From assembly GCA_963851265.1 (NCBI GenBank), contig CAWKNZ010000007.1, positions 544,001-608,000 of the forward strand: a stretch of 64,000 bases of DNA, read 5' to 3'. This DNA is from an uncultured Gemmatimonadales bacterium (GTDB taxonomy: Bacteria; Gemmatimonadota; Gemmatimonadetes; Gemmatimonadales; Gemmatimonadaceae). The notes under the pieces are model-generated. The model was given only the letters and a program-made list of their open reading frames with translations. It did not search any database and had not been told where the DNA came from. Positions 41,647 to 52,222 of this stretch are shown piece after piece; positions within the stretch are counted from its first letter, which is position 1; every line of letters starts with the position of its first letter. The position numbers and the translations under genes were made by a program.

Positions 41647-42861
41647 TCACGCCGCGCCGACCGCGGAATGGTACTCGCGCCCGCGCCACTCCACCCGCTG
41701 GCCGCGCGCGACGGCCTGCAGCGCGATCACGAGGTAGAGCACGGCTCCCGCGGGGAAGGCGAGTGCCCAGAGCGGGGACAGCTTCACGCGCACGTACGCC
41801 GCGGCCCAGAAGGCGAGCGTCGCCGCGAGCGCGATCGCCATCCCGAAGGCCTCGCCGGTGCCGACGCGTTCGGGCGCGACGGCGTACTCGGCGAGCCGGA
41901 AGATCGGGTAGAGCTGCGCCACCGCGGGGAAGACGAGCAGGAACGGGAAGATGAGCTGCCCGAGGCGGCCGAACGGCATCGCCTCCCGACCGCCGGCGAA
42001 CACGTTCTTGCGCCACCCCGCGACGAGTTCGTGGAGCGAGGTGTACATGCGCGTGCTGAGCTGCGCCTCGCCGCGGACGAGGTGCACCGGGAGGCCGATG
42101 GCGCACGTGCGCTGGGCGAGCTTGAGGTCCTCGACGACGACGTCGCGCACGGCCGCGTGCGTGCCGACGCGCGCGTACGCGTCGCGCGTCATCATCAGGC
42201 ACTGCCCGTTGGCGATCTTGTCGACCGCGTGCCGGGCGCGTGAGACGCGGTCGGCACCGCCGTACCGGCCCGCGATCACGGCGAACACCTGCGGCTGCAC
42301 GAGCTTCTCCCACGCGGTCCCCATCTCCTGCGTGCCCGCGACCGAAAGGAGCGCGGCGCCGCGCGCCGTGAGCGCGCTCACCATGCGTGGCACGAGGTCG
42401 GGCGCGTGTGTGGTGTCGGCGTCGGCGAAGAGGATGATGTCGCCGGTGGCGCCGTCGTCGTCCGACGTGCGCACGGCCGCACCCTGCGCGCACGCCCACT
42501 GTTTGCCCATCCAGCCGGCCGGAAGCGGCGGGGGAACTATGATCCGACACCGCGGATCGTCGGCGGCGGCCGCGGCCGCGCGTGCGCCGGTGTCGTCGTC
42601 GCTGTGATCGTCGACGACGACGAGTTCGAGCCGCGGGTACGACGTCGCGAGCACCGACCCGACGCAGCGCGCGATGTTGCGCGCCTCGTTGCGCGCGGGC
42701 ACGACGACACGCACGCTGGGCGCGTCGCGCCGCAGCGCGGGCGCGTAGTCGTCGAGCGTGAGGCGGTCGCGCGAACGCCACCACACGTACACGGGCGCGA
42801 ACAGCCACGGCAACGCGTGGCGGAGCGCGACGATCCACACGGGCATTGCCGACACGGGCAT
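41647..42861 (-). CDS. Glycosyltransferase family 2, membrane-bound
   Basis: VPARNE, VDDHSDD, GWMGK.WAC, FADAD, ANGQC, VVEDL, RMY. Confidence 0.9.
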   Translation of the reverse strand: MPVSAMPVWIVALRHALPWLFAPVYVWWRSRDRLTLDDYAPALRRDAPSVRVVVPARNEARNIARCVGSVLATSYPRLELVVVDDHSDDDTGARAAAAAADDPRCRIIVPPPLPAGWMGKQWACAQGAAVRTSDDDGATGDIILFADADTTHAPDLVPRMVSALTARGAALLSVAGTQEMGTAWEKLVQPQVFAVIAGRYGGADRVSRARHAVDKIANGQCLMMTRDAYARVGTHAAVRDVVVEDLKLAQRTCAIGLPVHLVRGEAQLSTRMYTSLHELVAGWRKNVFAGGREAMPFGRLGQLIFPFLLVFPAVAQLYPIFRLAEYAVAPERVGTGEAFGMAIALAATLAFWAAAYVRVKLSPLWALAFPAGAVLYLVIALQAVARGQRVEWRGREYHSAVGAA

Positions 42862-42933
42862 CGCGACCGCGGCCCTACCAGCCCGCTCGGCTCGTCACGC
42901 CTCCGCCCGCGACGTCGCGGCTCATCACGCCGC

Positions 42934-43218
42934 TCACGACGCCTCGGGCCGCTTCGTGTCGCGGTACGTGTCGCTCGCCTGCTGCTCGCGCGCCGAGAGG
43001 CCGCCCGCGTCGGCGCTCTCGTCCTCGTCGTCGCGCGGGGCCACGCTGCCCGTCGCGAAACCCGTATCGTTGCCGTACCCGCCCTCGCCGCGACGCTCGT
43101 CCTCACCCTCGCGCGCGACGCCGCTCGCGGGTGCCTGGTTGTCGGGCATCGGGGCCCCCGTACTCTGGGTGCCAGCCTGCGACGTGCCAGCCTGCGACGG
43201 ATGTTGCTCTTGGGCCAT
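42934..43218 (-). CDS. Small acidic hydrophilic protein
   Basis: ATG at 43218 after GAGGG; D/E/G-rich. Confidence 0.6.
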   Translation of the reverse strand: MAQEQHPSQAGTSQAGTQSTGAPMPDNQAPASGVAREGEDERRGEGGYGNDTGFATGSVAPRDDEDESADAGGLSAREQQASDTYRDTKRPEAS

Positions 43219-43313
43219 CGGAATCCCTCTCGCTCGGGGTGAACATCGGGGTGACGGATCACCGCGGGGGCAACGCGCGTGCCCGCCGCCCATGCGGCTC
43301 TAGTTTCCAGGCG

Positions 43314-44285
43314 ATGCCCGACGTCGCCACGCCCGCGCTCGCCGCGCCACCGCTTGCCCCGCCACCGCTCGCACCCGGCGCCCGCGTCGCGCTCGTCGCG
43401 CCGTCGGGGCCGCTCACCGGCGCCGACCTGGCCCGCGCCGTCGCGACTGTGGAGTCGTTCGGCTGGACGCCGTCGGTCGGCGCGCACGCGCTCGATCGCG
43501 ACGCCTACTTCGCCGGAGAGGACGCCGAGCGGCTGGCCGACCTCAACGACGCGCTTCGCGATCCGCGGGTCGACGCGCTCTGGTGCCTCCGCGGCGGCTA
43601 CGGCGCGATGCGCCTGCTCGACGGCATCGACTTCTCCACGCTCGCCGAGCGCCCGCGCGCACTGATCGGCTACTCCGACATCACCGCGCTGCACTGCGCG
43701 GCCGCAGCGCGCGTGCCGGGGCTGGTGACGTTCCACGGGCCCACCGCGCGCGCGACGCTCCCGTCCTTCTCGCGCACGTCGCTGCTGCGCGCGGTCGGCC
43801 CCGAACGCGGCGACCCGTGCGGCACGGCCCCGCACGCGCGCGTCCTGCGCGCGGGGCGCGCGCGCGGCCGGCTCGCGGGCGGCAACCTCGCCCTGCTCGC
43901 CGCGCTCGCGGGCACGCCATACGCGCCGCGGTTCGACGGCGCGGTGGTCGTGCTCGAAGACGTGAACGAGGCCGTCTACCGCGTCGACCGCATGCTGCGG
44001 CAACTCTGGCTCGCCGGCGCGTTCGCGGGATGCCGTGCGATCCTCTTCGGGCACTGCACCAACTGCCCCGAACCGTGCGACGACGACGGGCGCCGCACGC
44101 TCGCCGACGTGGTCGGCGAGGTCGCCGATGCGTTCGGCGTGCCCGCGGCTCTCGGCATCCCGGTCGGACACGTCGACGAGCAGTGGACCCTCCCGCTCGG
44201 CGCGCCCGCCGACGTCGTCGTGGACGCGGGCGCGTGCGCGGTGCAGGTCGAGTGGCCCGCGCCGGGCCCGCGCCGCGCCAGCTAG
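43314..44285 (+). CDS. LD-carboxypeptidase (peptidase S66)
   Basis: VAPSGP, RGGYG, GYSDIT, GGNL, LEDVNE, GH. Confidence 0.92.
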   Translation: MPDVATPALAAPPLAPPPLAPGARVALVAPSGPLTGADLARAVATVESFGWTPSVGAHALDRDAYFAGEDAERLADLNDALRDPRVDALWCLRGGYGAMRLLDGIDFSTLAERPRALIGYSDITALHCAAAARVPGLVTFHGPTARATLPSFSRTSLLRAVGPERGDPCGTAPHARVLRAGRARGRLAGGNLALLAALAGTPYAPRFDGAVVVLEDVNEAVYRVDRMLRQLWLAGAFAGCRAILFGHCTNCPEPCDDDGRRTLADVVGEVADAFGVPAALGIPVGHVDEQWTLPLGAPADVVVDAGACAVQVEWPAPGPRRAS

Positions 44286-44310
44286 CACCCACCCACCACC
44301 TATTCGAGAC

Positions 44311-44667
44311 ATGAAGACCGCCGCCGACCTCATCACCGAAGCCAGGTCCCGAATCCGCGAAGTGTCGCCAGCCGACGTGCAGGCGATGCGCGACCGGGGC
44401 GAGCCCGTCACGCTGCTCGACGTGCGCGAGCCTAACGAATGGGCGATGGGGCGCGTGCCCGGCGCGCTCACCATCGCGCGCGGCCTGCTCGAGTTCTCGG
44501 TCGAGGCGCGCGTGCCGCGCGACGCGCGCGTGGTGGTCTTCTGCGCCAGCGGCGGCCGCTCGGCCCTCGCCGCCGAAACGCTCGCGCAGATGGGTTACAC
44601 GGACGTGGCCTCGATGCGCGACGGGATCCGCGGGTGGGCCGACACGGGGGGCGAGATCGCGACGTGA
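44311..44667 (+). CDS. Rhodanese-like protein
   Basis: LLDVREPNEW, FCASGGRSALAA. Confidence 0.9.
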   Translation: MKTAADLITEARSRIREVSPADVQAMRDRGEPVTLLDVREPNEWAMGRVPGALTIARGLLEFSVEARVPRDARVVVFCASGGRSALAAETLAQMGYTDVASMRDGIRGWADTGGEIAT

Positions 44668-45317
44668 GCGCGCCGGGCAGCGGGCCCGCGAGCGCTCGCG
44701 CGAGCGCGCTCGACGCCGCGCTCGCGCACCCGACCGTCCGCACGCTCGCGGCCGCCCTCGCCGAGCACCCGGGGGCGGTGGCCACCGTGGCGCCCGGTGA
44801 TCCAGCGCCGCGCCGGGCGGCGGTGGCCGCAGTGCTGCGGCTCGCCGCCGGCGACCCCGGGCCGTCGCTGCTGTTCGTCACGCGCGCCGAGTACCCGGGC
44901 GATCCCTGGAGCGGGCACGTCGCCTTCCCCGGCGGACGCGCCGAGCCCGACGACGCGACCCTGTGGGATACCGCCGCCCGCGAGACGTGGGAGGAGACCG
45001 CGCTCGACCTGCGCCGCGACGCGCGCCTGCTCGGCAGTCTGGACGAGATCTACCCGCGCACGCCATCACTCCCGCCGATCATCGTCCGGCCGTACGTGGT
45101 CGTGACCGGCGCGGCCGGTCCACTCCGCCTCAGCGCCGAGTTGGCCGCGGCCCACTGGGTCCCGCTCGCGGCGCTGCAGGCCCCTGCGGCCGACCGCACG
45201 TCGACCGTGGTCGTGCGCGGGCGTTCGCTCGACGTGCCCAGCCTCGTCCACGGCGAGCTGACCGTCTGGGGGATGACGGAGCGCGTGGTCCGGCAGCTGG
45301 TCGGGTTGCTCGACTGA
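44664..45317 (+). CDS. NUDIX CoA pyrophosphatase family
   Basis: SGHVAFPGG...TAARETWEE; VWGMT. Confidence 0.88.
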   Translation: MSAPGSGPASARASALDAALAHPTVRTLAAALAEHPGAVATVAPGDPAPRRAAVAAVLRLAAGDPGPSLLFVTRAEYPGDPWSGHVAFPGGRAEPDDATLWDTAARETWEETALDLRRDARLLGSLDEIYPRTPSLPPIIVRPYVVVTGAAGPLRLSAELAAAHWVPLAALQAPAADRTSTVVVRGRSLDVPSLVHGELTVWGMTERVVRQLVGLLD

Positions 45318-45504
45318 ACGCACGTTCCCGAGCGGCACGTCACGGTGCGCGGCCGATCCGCCGGTTCCGTCGCGCGGCGGGCGACGCGTGACGCGCGTCG
45401 CACGAATTGCGCGGATCCGATGTGGTCCGTGCGCGACATTATAGGGGTCGGACTCCGGTCGTTCCGCACCCCGCCGAGCCCGCGCCCGCCTCCCGGAGTA
45501 TCCC

Positions 45505-47346
45505 ATGCCGTTCCGCTCGGACCTGCTCCACCGCGCGCGCGCCTTGCGCGCGCGGCTCCTTCGCGCGCGCCCTGCCGGCGCACACGTCCGGCGCGCCGCC
45601 ACGATCGCCGCCGGCGCGGCCCTGCTCGCGGCCGCGTGCTCCGACCACACGACGGGGCTCGCGCCCGCCACGCCGACCGGCGCGGGCACGGGCGCCCCCG
45701 ACGCGACCGCGGGCGGCACGAGCGTCGTCGCCGTGCAGGTGCCGGCCTCGATGCGGTCGGCGCCGTTCGACGTGGCTCGCACGCTCGCGGTGCCCAACGG
45801 GTACACCGTCGCGGTCTACGCACGCGTGGGCGGCGCGCGCTTCATGGCGACGGCGCCTAACGGTGACCTGCTCGTCTCGAATCCCGGCGCGGGCAACGTC
45901 TACCGCGTGCGGCCCGGCGTGAACGGCGCCGACCCGACCGTCGCCGCGTGGGCGTCGGGACTCAACCAGCCGCACGACATCGTCTTCCACGGGATCGGCG
46001 GGACGATGTACGTCTACGTCGCCGAGACCGACAGGATCGCCCGGTACACGTGGGACGCGGCGAGCGCGACCGCGCAGAACCGCCAGGTGCTGATCACCGG
46101 CCTGCCGAGCGTGAGCGACACGGCACTGCACGGCGCCTACGCGCACCAGCTCAAGAACATCGCGCTCGGCCCCGACGACAAGCTGTACGTGTCCATCGCG
46201 TCGTCGTGCAACGCGTGCGTCGAGGACACGCGAAGCAATCCCGTGCGCGGCGCGATCTACGTGTACAACGCCGACGGGACCAACGGGCAGATCTTCGCGC
46301 GCGGCATCCGCAACGCCGAGGGCCTCGCCTTCGTGCCGGGCACGAACACGCTGTGGGCCGTGGTGAACAACCGCGACAACACCGCCTACCCGTTCCACCA
46401 GGACTTCGACGGCGACGGCCGCGACGACTACGGCAAGGTGATGCCCGCGTACGTCGACAACCACCCGCCCGACGAGTTCCTCCACGTCACGAACGGGGCC
46501 AACTTCGGCTGGCCCTTCTGCAATCCCGACCCCGACGCGGGAGTCGACAACATGCCGTTCGACCGCGACGTGCAGCTCAACGCCGACGGCAGTCAGCTCG
46601 ACTGCGCCAACGTCGCCACGCGCGTTAACAAGGGGATCCAGGCCCACTCGGCGGCGCTCGGTCTCACCTTCTTCTCGGGCACCCGAGCGCCGGCCGCGCT
46701 GCAGGGCGGGGCGGCGGTGGCACTGCACGGTTCGTGGAACCGGTCCACGCCGACCGGCTACAAGGTGGTGTGGTTCCCGACCGACCCGGGCACGGGAACG
46801 CCCGGCGTGCAGGAGGATCTCGTGAGCGGGTGGCTCGTGGGCGGGTCGGCGTGGGGGCGCCCCGTCGACGTCGCGGTCGATGCCACGGGCGGCGTGCTCA
46901 TCTCCGACGACCAGAGCGGGACCATCTACAGACTCGCGCCGCAGGCCGCGGCCGCGAAGGCGCTCGCCGGCCGCCAGTCGGGGCTGTGCCTCGACGTGAG
47001 CGGCGCGTCGCAGACCAACGGCTCGCGGACGATTCTCTGGACGTGCTACCCGGGCTCCAGTCAGCAGTGGGTGTTCCCGGCGGTCGGGACCACGGGCACC
47101 ATCCGCGTGTACGGCGCCAAGTGCCTCGACGCGCTGTGGGGCGGCACGCACGACGGCGAACCCGTCGGCATCTGGGACTGCTGGGGGGGAGTCAACCAGC
47201 AGTGGACGGTCAGCGCGGCGGGAGACGTGATCAACGCCGCGACCGGGCGCTGCCTCGACGCCACGGACTTCGGGACGCGCGCGGGGACGGTGCTGCAGCT
47301 GTGGACGTGCTACGGCTCGCTCAACCAGCGGTGGGACGAGGAGTGA
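45505..47346 (+). CDS. Glucose/sorbosone dehydrogenase-like beta-propeller lipoprotein with C-terminal ricin-B lectin domain
   Basis: LAAAC lipobox; GIRNAEG, HSAALG, HGSWNR, GRPVDV, ISDD; three CLD...QQW/QRW repeats. Confidence 0.88.
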   Translation: MPFRSDLLHRARALRARLLRARPAGAHVRRAATIAAGAALLAAACSDHTTGLAPATPTGAGTGAPDATAGGTSVVAVQVPASMRSAPFDVARTLAVPNGYTVAVYARVGGARFMATAPNGDLLVSNPGAGNVYRVRPGVNGADPTVAAWASGLNQPHDIVFHGIGGTMYVYVAETDRIARYTWDAASATAQNRQVLITGLPSVSDTALHGAYAHQLKNIALGPDDKLYVSIASSCNACVEDTRSNPVRGAIYVYNADGTNGQIFARGIRNAEGLAFVPGTNTLWAVVNNRDNTAYPFHQDFDGDGRDDYGKVMPAYVDNHPPDEFLHVTNGANFGWPFCNPDPDAGVDNMPFDRDVQLNADGSQLDCANVATRVNKGIQAHSAALGLTFFSGTRAPAALQGGAAVALHGSWNRSTPTGYKVVWFPTDPGTGTPGVQEDLVSGWLVGGSAWGRPVDVAVDATGGVLISDDQSGTIYRLAPQAAAAKALAGRQSGLCLDVSGASQTNGSRTILWTCYPGSSQQWVFPAVGTTGTIRVYGAKCLDALWGGTHDGEPVGIWDCWGGVNQQWTVSAAGDVINAATGRCLDATDFGTRAGTVLQLWTCYGSLNQRWDEE

Positions 47347-47457
47347 GGCTGGCGGTGGGGCGACGGGTGCGCTGAGGGACCGGGTCGGCACCCGGCCGGC
47401 CGGCGCCGCCGTGCGTCGGCACATCCGGCGCACGAGAACGCGTACCTTACGCGGGCG

Positions 47458-48915
47458 ATGCCTACGCCCGTCCACGACGTACCCCCGTCCGAGTCCGGCG
47501 CGCCGGGCGTCGACGCGACTGACTCGCCCGACGCCCGGGCGCTCGACCCCGACGCGCCCGACCCCGACGCGCCCGACCCCGACGCGGCGACCGAGTCGGG
47601 GTGGCGGCGCGCGCGCCTCACGCCGTCGCTCGAGGAGGCGTACCGCACCGTACCGGTCGTCGGCACGACGTGGTTCCGCAAGCTGCTCGCCTTCGCGGGC
47701 CCCGGCTACCTGGTCGCCGTCGGCTACATGGACCCGGGCAACTGGGCGACCGACCTCGCGGGCGGCTCGCGCTTCGGCTACACGCTGCTCTCGGTCGTGC
47801 TGCTGTCGAATCTGATGGCGGTGCTGCTCCAGGGGCTCGCCTCCAAGCTCGGCATCGTCACCGGGCGCGACCTCGCGCAGGCGTGCCGCGACCACTACTC
47901 GCGGCCGACGTCGATCACGCTCTGGGTGCTGGCCGAGATCGCCATCGCCGCGTGCGACCTGGCGGAGGTGATCGGGTCGGCGATCGCGCTCAACCTGCTG
48001 TTCCACCTCCCGATCACGTTAGGCATCCTCGTCACGGCGGGCGACGTGCTGCTCGTGCTCGGGCTGCAGCACCGCGGGTTCCGCTGGCTCGAGGCGGTGG
48101 TGGTCGCGCTCGTCGCGACGGTGGGGGTGTGCTTCGTCTACGTGCTCGTGGCCAGCCGCCCCGACTACGCGGGCGTGCTGCGCGGGTTCGTGCCGTCGCC
48201 CGCGATCCTGCGCAACCCCGAGATGCTCTACATCGCGGTGGGCATCCTCGGCGCGACGGTGATGCCCCACAACCTGTACCTGCACTCGAGCATCGTGCAG
48301 ACGCGCAAGTACGCGCAGACGGCCGCGGGGCGGCACGAGGCGGTGCGGTACGCCTTCCTCGACTCGACCATCGCGCTCTCCGCGGCGCTGTTCATCAACG
48401 CGGCCATCCTGATCGTCGCCGCGGCGACGTTCCACCGCGCGGGCTACACGCAGGTGGCCGAGATCCAGGACGCGCACCGGCTGCTCACCCCGCTGCTCGG
48501 CGCGTCGGGGGCGAGCGTCGCGTTCGCGCTCGCGCTCCTCGCCAGCGGGCAGAACTCGACCCTCACCGGGACCCTGGCCGGGCAGATCGTGATGGAAGGG
48601 TTCCTCGACGTGCGACTACGCCCGTGGGTGCGGCGCCTCATCACGCGGGGACTCGCGATCGTGCCCGCGGTCGCGGTGAGCATCGTCGCGGGCGAACGCG
48701 GCACCGCCCAGCTCCTCGTGCTGAGCCAGGTCGTGCTCTCGCTGCAGCTGTCGTTCGCCGTGGTGCCGCTCGTGCGGTTCACGAGCGACCGCGCCAAGAT
48801 GGGCCGGTTCGTCAACGCGCCGTGGCTCACGGCGACGGCGTGGGTCACGGCGTTCGTGATCGCGGCGCTCAACGCGTGGCTGCTGCTGCAGACGGCGCGC
48901 GGGTGGTTCGCGTGA
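47458..48915 (+). CDS. mntH: Nramp divalent metal (Mn2+) transporter
   Basis: [39 protein letters not shown]. Confidence 0.95.
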   Translation: MPTPVHDVPPSESGAPGVDATDSPDARALDPDAPDPDAPDPDAATESGWRRARLTPSLEEAYRTVPVVGTTWFRKLLAFAGPGYLVAVGYMDPGNWATDLAGGSRFGYTLLSVVLLSNLMAVLLQGLASKLGIVTGRDLAQACRDHYSRPTSITLWVLAEIAIAACDLAEVIGSAIALNLLFHLPITLGILVTAGDVLLVLGLQHRGFRWLEAVVVALVATVGVCFVYVLVASRPDYAGVLRGFVPSPAILRNPEMLYIAVGILGATVMPHNLYLHSSIVQTRKYAQTAAGRHEAVRYAFLDSTIALSAALFINAAILIVAAATFHRAGYTQVAEIQDAHRLLTPLLGASGASVAFALALLASGQNSTLTGTLAGQIVMEGFLDVRLRPWVRRLITRGLAIVPAVAVSIVAGERGTAQLLVLSQVVLSLQLSFAVVPLVRFTSDRAKMGRFVNAPWLTATAWVTAFVIAALNAWLLLQTARGWFA

Positions 48916-48966
48916 TGCGGGCGTTGCCGCGCCCGGTTCCGGGCCCCTTCTGACCGCGGGGGCACC

Positions 48967-49410
48967 GTGTACGAGCGCATCCTGATCCCGCTCGAACATT
49001 CGTACGCCGACGAGGCGATCCTCCGGCACGTGCGGCCCCTGGCGCGCCTGTGCGGGGCCTCGCTCATCCTCATGCACGTGGCGGACGGCTGGGCGGCGCG
49101 GCACCTGAAGACGCTCGCGCTCGCCGAGAGCGAAGAGCTGCGCGCCGACCGCGAGTACCTCGAATCGCTGTGCACCGCGCTCGCCCGCGAGGGGTTCGAC
49201 GCGGAGGCCCTCCTCGGCGCGGGCGATCCCGCGGGCGAGATCGTCGCGGCCGCCGAGCGCGAGCACTGTGACCTGATCGCGATGGCGACGCACGGACACC
49301 GGTTCCTCGCCGACGTGGTGTACGGCAGCGTGGCCGACGAGGTGCGCCACCAGAGCCGCGTGCCGGTCCTCCTCGTGCGCGGCGAACGGCGGGCGGAGCC
49401 GCGGGCCTGA
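48967..49410 (+). CDS. Universal stress protein
   Basis: YERILIPL, GDPAGEI, DLIAMATHGH, GSVADEV, PVLLV. Confidence 0.92.
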   Translation: MYERILIPLEHSYADEAILRHVRPLARLCGASLILMHVADGWAARHLKTLALAESEELRADREYLESLCTALAREGFDAEALLGAGDPAGEIVAAAEREHCDLIAMATHGHRFLADVVYGSVADEVRHQSRVPVLLVRGERRAEPRA

Positions 49411-49509
49411 GAGGCCGGCGGGCGAGCCCCGCCGCTACACTCGGAACGGTCTTTGCCCTCCGACGGTTTGTCACCCGCGCCTGCCCCGTTCGGAACCGCC
49501 GAGGATTTT

Positions 49510-50094
49510 GTGGCCACCCGCTCTTCCGTAGTGATTGACCCTGACGCCGGGATTCCCGACCTCATCCGCCGCCTGGTCGACGACTCCAAGCGGCTTGCCC
49601 AGGACGAGGTCCAGCTCGCGCGCCTCGAGATCCGCGAGCGCGCGCGCGACGCGACGCGCGGCGGCATCTGGCTCGGGATCGCGTTCGGCGCCGGTGTGGT
49701 CGCGCTCATCGCGTTCACGGTGTTCGTCGCGGCGCTGATCGGGCGCGCGCTCAATCATCACTACTGGGCCGGCACGCTGATCACCGCCGTGCTCGAGCTG
49801 GGTGTCGGGGCGTTCCTCCTGATGCGCGGCTTCGGCATCCTGAAGAAGCAGCCGTTCACGCTCCCCGAGACCCGGAAGGAAGCGTCTGCCACGGCCAAGT
49901 GGGCGAAGACCACCGGCGCGGCAGTCGCGGCCGACGTGCGCGACCCGGAGCGCGTGCTCGCGGGCGAGCCGGGCGGCGCGGTCGCGGCCGCGGTGGGCGC
50001 CGGCGGGAGCGGAACGGGGCGGCTGCCGGCAGCGGGCCCGCAGGCGGGTCCGACGCGCGCGCGCGCCGAGATCCCGGTCGCGCGGCGCGACTGA
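49510..50094 (+). CDS. Holin-superfamily (YqjE/DUF1469-like) membrane protein
   Basis: L.RLVDD..RL.QDEVQLARLE, two TMs, LPET; GAGGA RBS. Confidence 0.75.
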   Translation: MATRSSVVIDPDAGIPDLIRRLVDDSKRLAQDEVQLARLEIRERARDATRGGIWLGIAFGAGVVALIAFTVFVAALIGRALNHHYWAGTLITAVLELGVGAFLLMRGFGILKKQPFTLPETRKEASATAKWAKTTGAAVAADVRDPERVLAGEPGGAVAAAVGAGGSGTGRLPAAGPQAGPTRARAEIPVARRD

Positions 50095-50990
50095 TCCGGC
50101 CGCACCGCCGCGCCGCCCGGCCGACCGTCGCGCGCCTAACGGCAGCGGCGGTCGTGCCCCTGGCCGCCCTCGCTGCCGCGGCGGCTCCGGCGCGGGCGCA
50201 GATCGACACCGCGGCACCGCCCCAGCCGGTCCGCACGATCGCGGCCGACGAACGGCTGCGCACCGACGCGGGACTGCGAGTGGGCGACACCGTCCTCCTC
50301 ACAGCGCGCGCGGGGGACACGGCCCGCGCGACGCGCGCGGTCGTCTCCGCGTTCGTCGAGCGAGGCGCCGACCCCAGCGAGATCGCCCGCAGCGAGTACC
50401 GCGTACGTCTCCACCTCGACGTGCTGCAACAGGTGGGCGCCTACGCGGACCGGGTGGACCGCTTCGCGGTCGGGACGCGCCCGGGTCGAACGGACGCCGC
50501 CGTCGCCGCGATCAACGAGCCCGCGTTCGGGTTCCGCGCCTACCGCTCGGCCGACGTCGCGGTGGGCACGTCGCGCACCTTCGAGGTCGTGCGCCGCTTC
50601 CACCGCGCCATCGGCGTGATCACGGTCGTGGCGAGCGCGATGTTCCTGCTGTGCATCCTCGTGCTCAAGGTCGAGGAGCGTCGGCGCGACGTGGCCGCGC
50701 TCCGGCTGATGGGCCTGTCGCGGCGCACGGTCGTCGGCGCGCTCGTGCTCGAGGCCGCACTCGTCGCGCTGCTGGGCTCCGCCGCGGGGCTGGTCGTCGG
50801 GTCGATCGCGGCGCGCTTGGTCAACTGGCACTACCAGGCCGCGTTCCGCACGCCGCTGGTGTTCGTGCTCGTCACACCCGGCGTCGCGCTCTTCGCCACG
50901 AGCCTCTCCGTCGCGCTCGGCGTCGGCGCCGGCTTCCTCGCCGCGCGGCGCCTCGCCAACGCGGCCCCGCTCGCCCTGCTCGGGCGTTAG
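50091..50990 (+). CDS. FtsX/MacB-type permease, C-terminal half only
   Basis: EERRRDVAALRLMG, LEAAL, three TMs; start uncertain (CTG 50091 or GTG 50154). Confidence 0.8.
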   Translation: MIRPHRRAARPTVARLTAAAVVPLAALAAAAAPARAQIDTAAPPQPVRTIAADERLRTDAGLRVGDTVLLTARAGDTARATRAVVSAFVERGADPSEIARSEYRVRLHLDVLQQVGAYADRVDRFAVGTRPGRTDAAVAAINEPAFGFRAYRSADVAVGTSRTFEVVRRFHRAIGVITVVASAMFLLCILVLKVEERRRDVAALRLMGLSRRTVVGALVLEAALVALLGSAAGLVVGSIAARLVNWHYQAAFRTPLVFVLVTPGVALFATSLSVALGVGAGFLAARRLANAAPLALLGR

Positions 50991-51007
50991 GCAGGCGGCG
51001 GGCGACC

Positions 51008-52222
51008 GTGCGACTCCTCCTCGCCTGGGCCACGCTCGTGCGCAGCCGCACGCGCACCGCGCTCGCCGTGGCCGGCGTGGCGGTCGCGGCCGCGCTCCTG
51101 CTCGACATGGTCATGCTCGCCGGCGGCATGCAGGACAGCTTCCGCGACCTGCTCCTCGTGCGCGGCTACCAGCTGCGTCTCGCGCCCAAGGGCACGCTGC
51201 CCTTCGACAGCGAGGCGACGGTGGACAGCGCGTCGAGCGTGATCGCGGCCCTGCGCGCCGACCCGCGCGTCGTCGAGGTCAGTCCCGTGCTCGGCGGGCA
51301 GCTCACCGTGATCGGCGGGCGCGGCACCGGCGACGCCACCCCGGCCGCATCGCACCCCACGGCGATCGCGCTCGGCCTGCTGCCGAGCGTGCAGGGCGAC
51401 TACGAGCGGCGGACCGGGGCCGACCCCGCGCGCCCCGACCAGTTCCTCGCCAACGACGCGTTCCTCCGCACGACCGGCGCCCACGTCGGCGACACGCTCG
51501 AGGTCGCGGCGGGCTACGACCCGCAGCTCCGCCAGTACGCGGCCCGCCGCCGACTCGCGCTCGTCGGCACGGGACGCTTCTTCTACACCGTCGCCGACCG
51601 CGCCGTGGTCGCGCTCCCCCTCGGCACGCTGCAGGCCATGCGCGGCGCCGAGGGCGCGGACCGCGTGAGCGCGTTCATGGCGCGCGTCGCCGACGGGGCA
51701 GACGTCGAGGCCGTGCGGGCGAGCATCGAACGGCGCGTGCCGCGCGTGAGCGCGATCTCGACGGCCACCGCGCTCGTCCAGGTCGAGCAGCGCCTCTCCT
51801 ACTTCCGCCAGCTCGCCCTCATCCTGGGCTCGATCGCGCTCGTCGTGGGGTTCCTCCTCGTCAGCACGCTCGTCACGGTCAGCGTGAACGAGCGCGTCGG
51901 CGAGATCGCCGTGCTTCGCGCGGTCGGCGTGAGTCGCCTTCACGTCGTCGAGCAGGTCGTGCTCGAGGGACTCGCGCTCACCGTCGCGGGCACGCTCCTC
52001 GGCCTCGCCCTCGGCCTCGTCACCGCACGCTACTTGAACGCCATCCTGTCGGACTTTCCAGGGCTGCCCGCGTCGTTCTCGTTCTTCGTCTTCCGGGCGC
52101 GCGACGCGTGGCGCGCGCTCGGCCTGCTCGTCGCGTCGGGCGTGCTCGCCGGCGTGTTCCCCTCGTGGCGCGCCGCGTCGCTGCCGGTGGCGACGACGCT
52201 CCGCGAGGAGGCGATCGGGTGA
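51008..52222 (+). CDS. FtsX/MacB-type ABC permease
   Basis: RTRTALAVAGVAV, SVNERVGEIAVLRAVG, PSWRAA. Confidence 0.9.
   Translation: MRLLLAWATLVRSRTRTALAVAGVAVAAALLLDMVMLAGGMQDSFRDLLLVRGYQLRLAPKGTLPFDSEATVDSASSVIAALRADPRVVEVSPVLGGQLTVIGGRGTGDATPAASHPTAIALGLLPSVQGDYERRTGADPARPDQFLANDAFLRTTGAHVGDTLEVAAGYDPQLRQYAARRRLALVGTGRFFYTVADRAVVALPLGTLQAMRGAEGADRVSAFMARVADGADVEAVRASIERRVPRVSAISTATALVQVEQRLSYFRQLALILGSIALVVGFLLVSTLVTVSVNERVGEIAVLRAVGVSRLHVVEQVVLEGLALTVAGTLLGLALGLVTARYLNAILSDFPGLPASFSFFVFRARDAWRALGLLVASGVLAGVFPSWRAASLPVATTLREEAIG

Noticed and set aside
47347..47457. Mn-sensing yybP-ykoY riboswitch before mntH (and an M-box before mgtE)
   Set aside because: I could not recognise the consensus elements by eye; an Rfam/Infernal scan would be needed.
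49510..50094. Holin as evidence of a prophage
   Set aside because: No phage genes nearby; this family is common as a stand-alone membrane protein.
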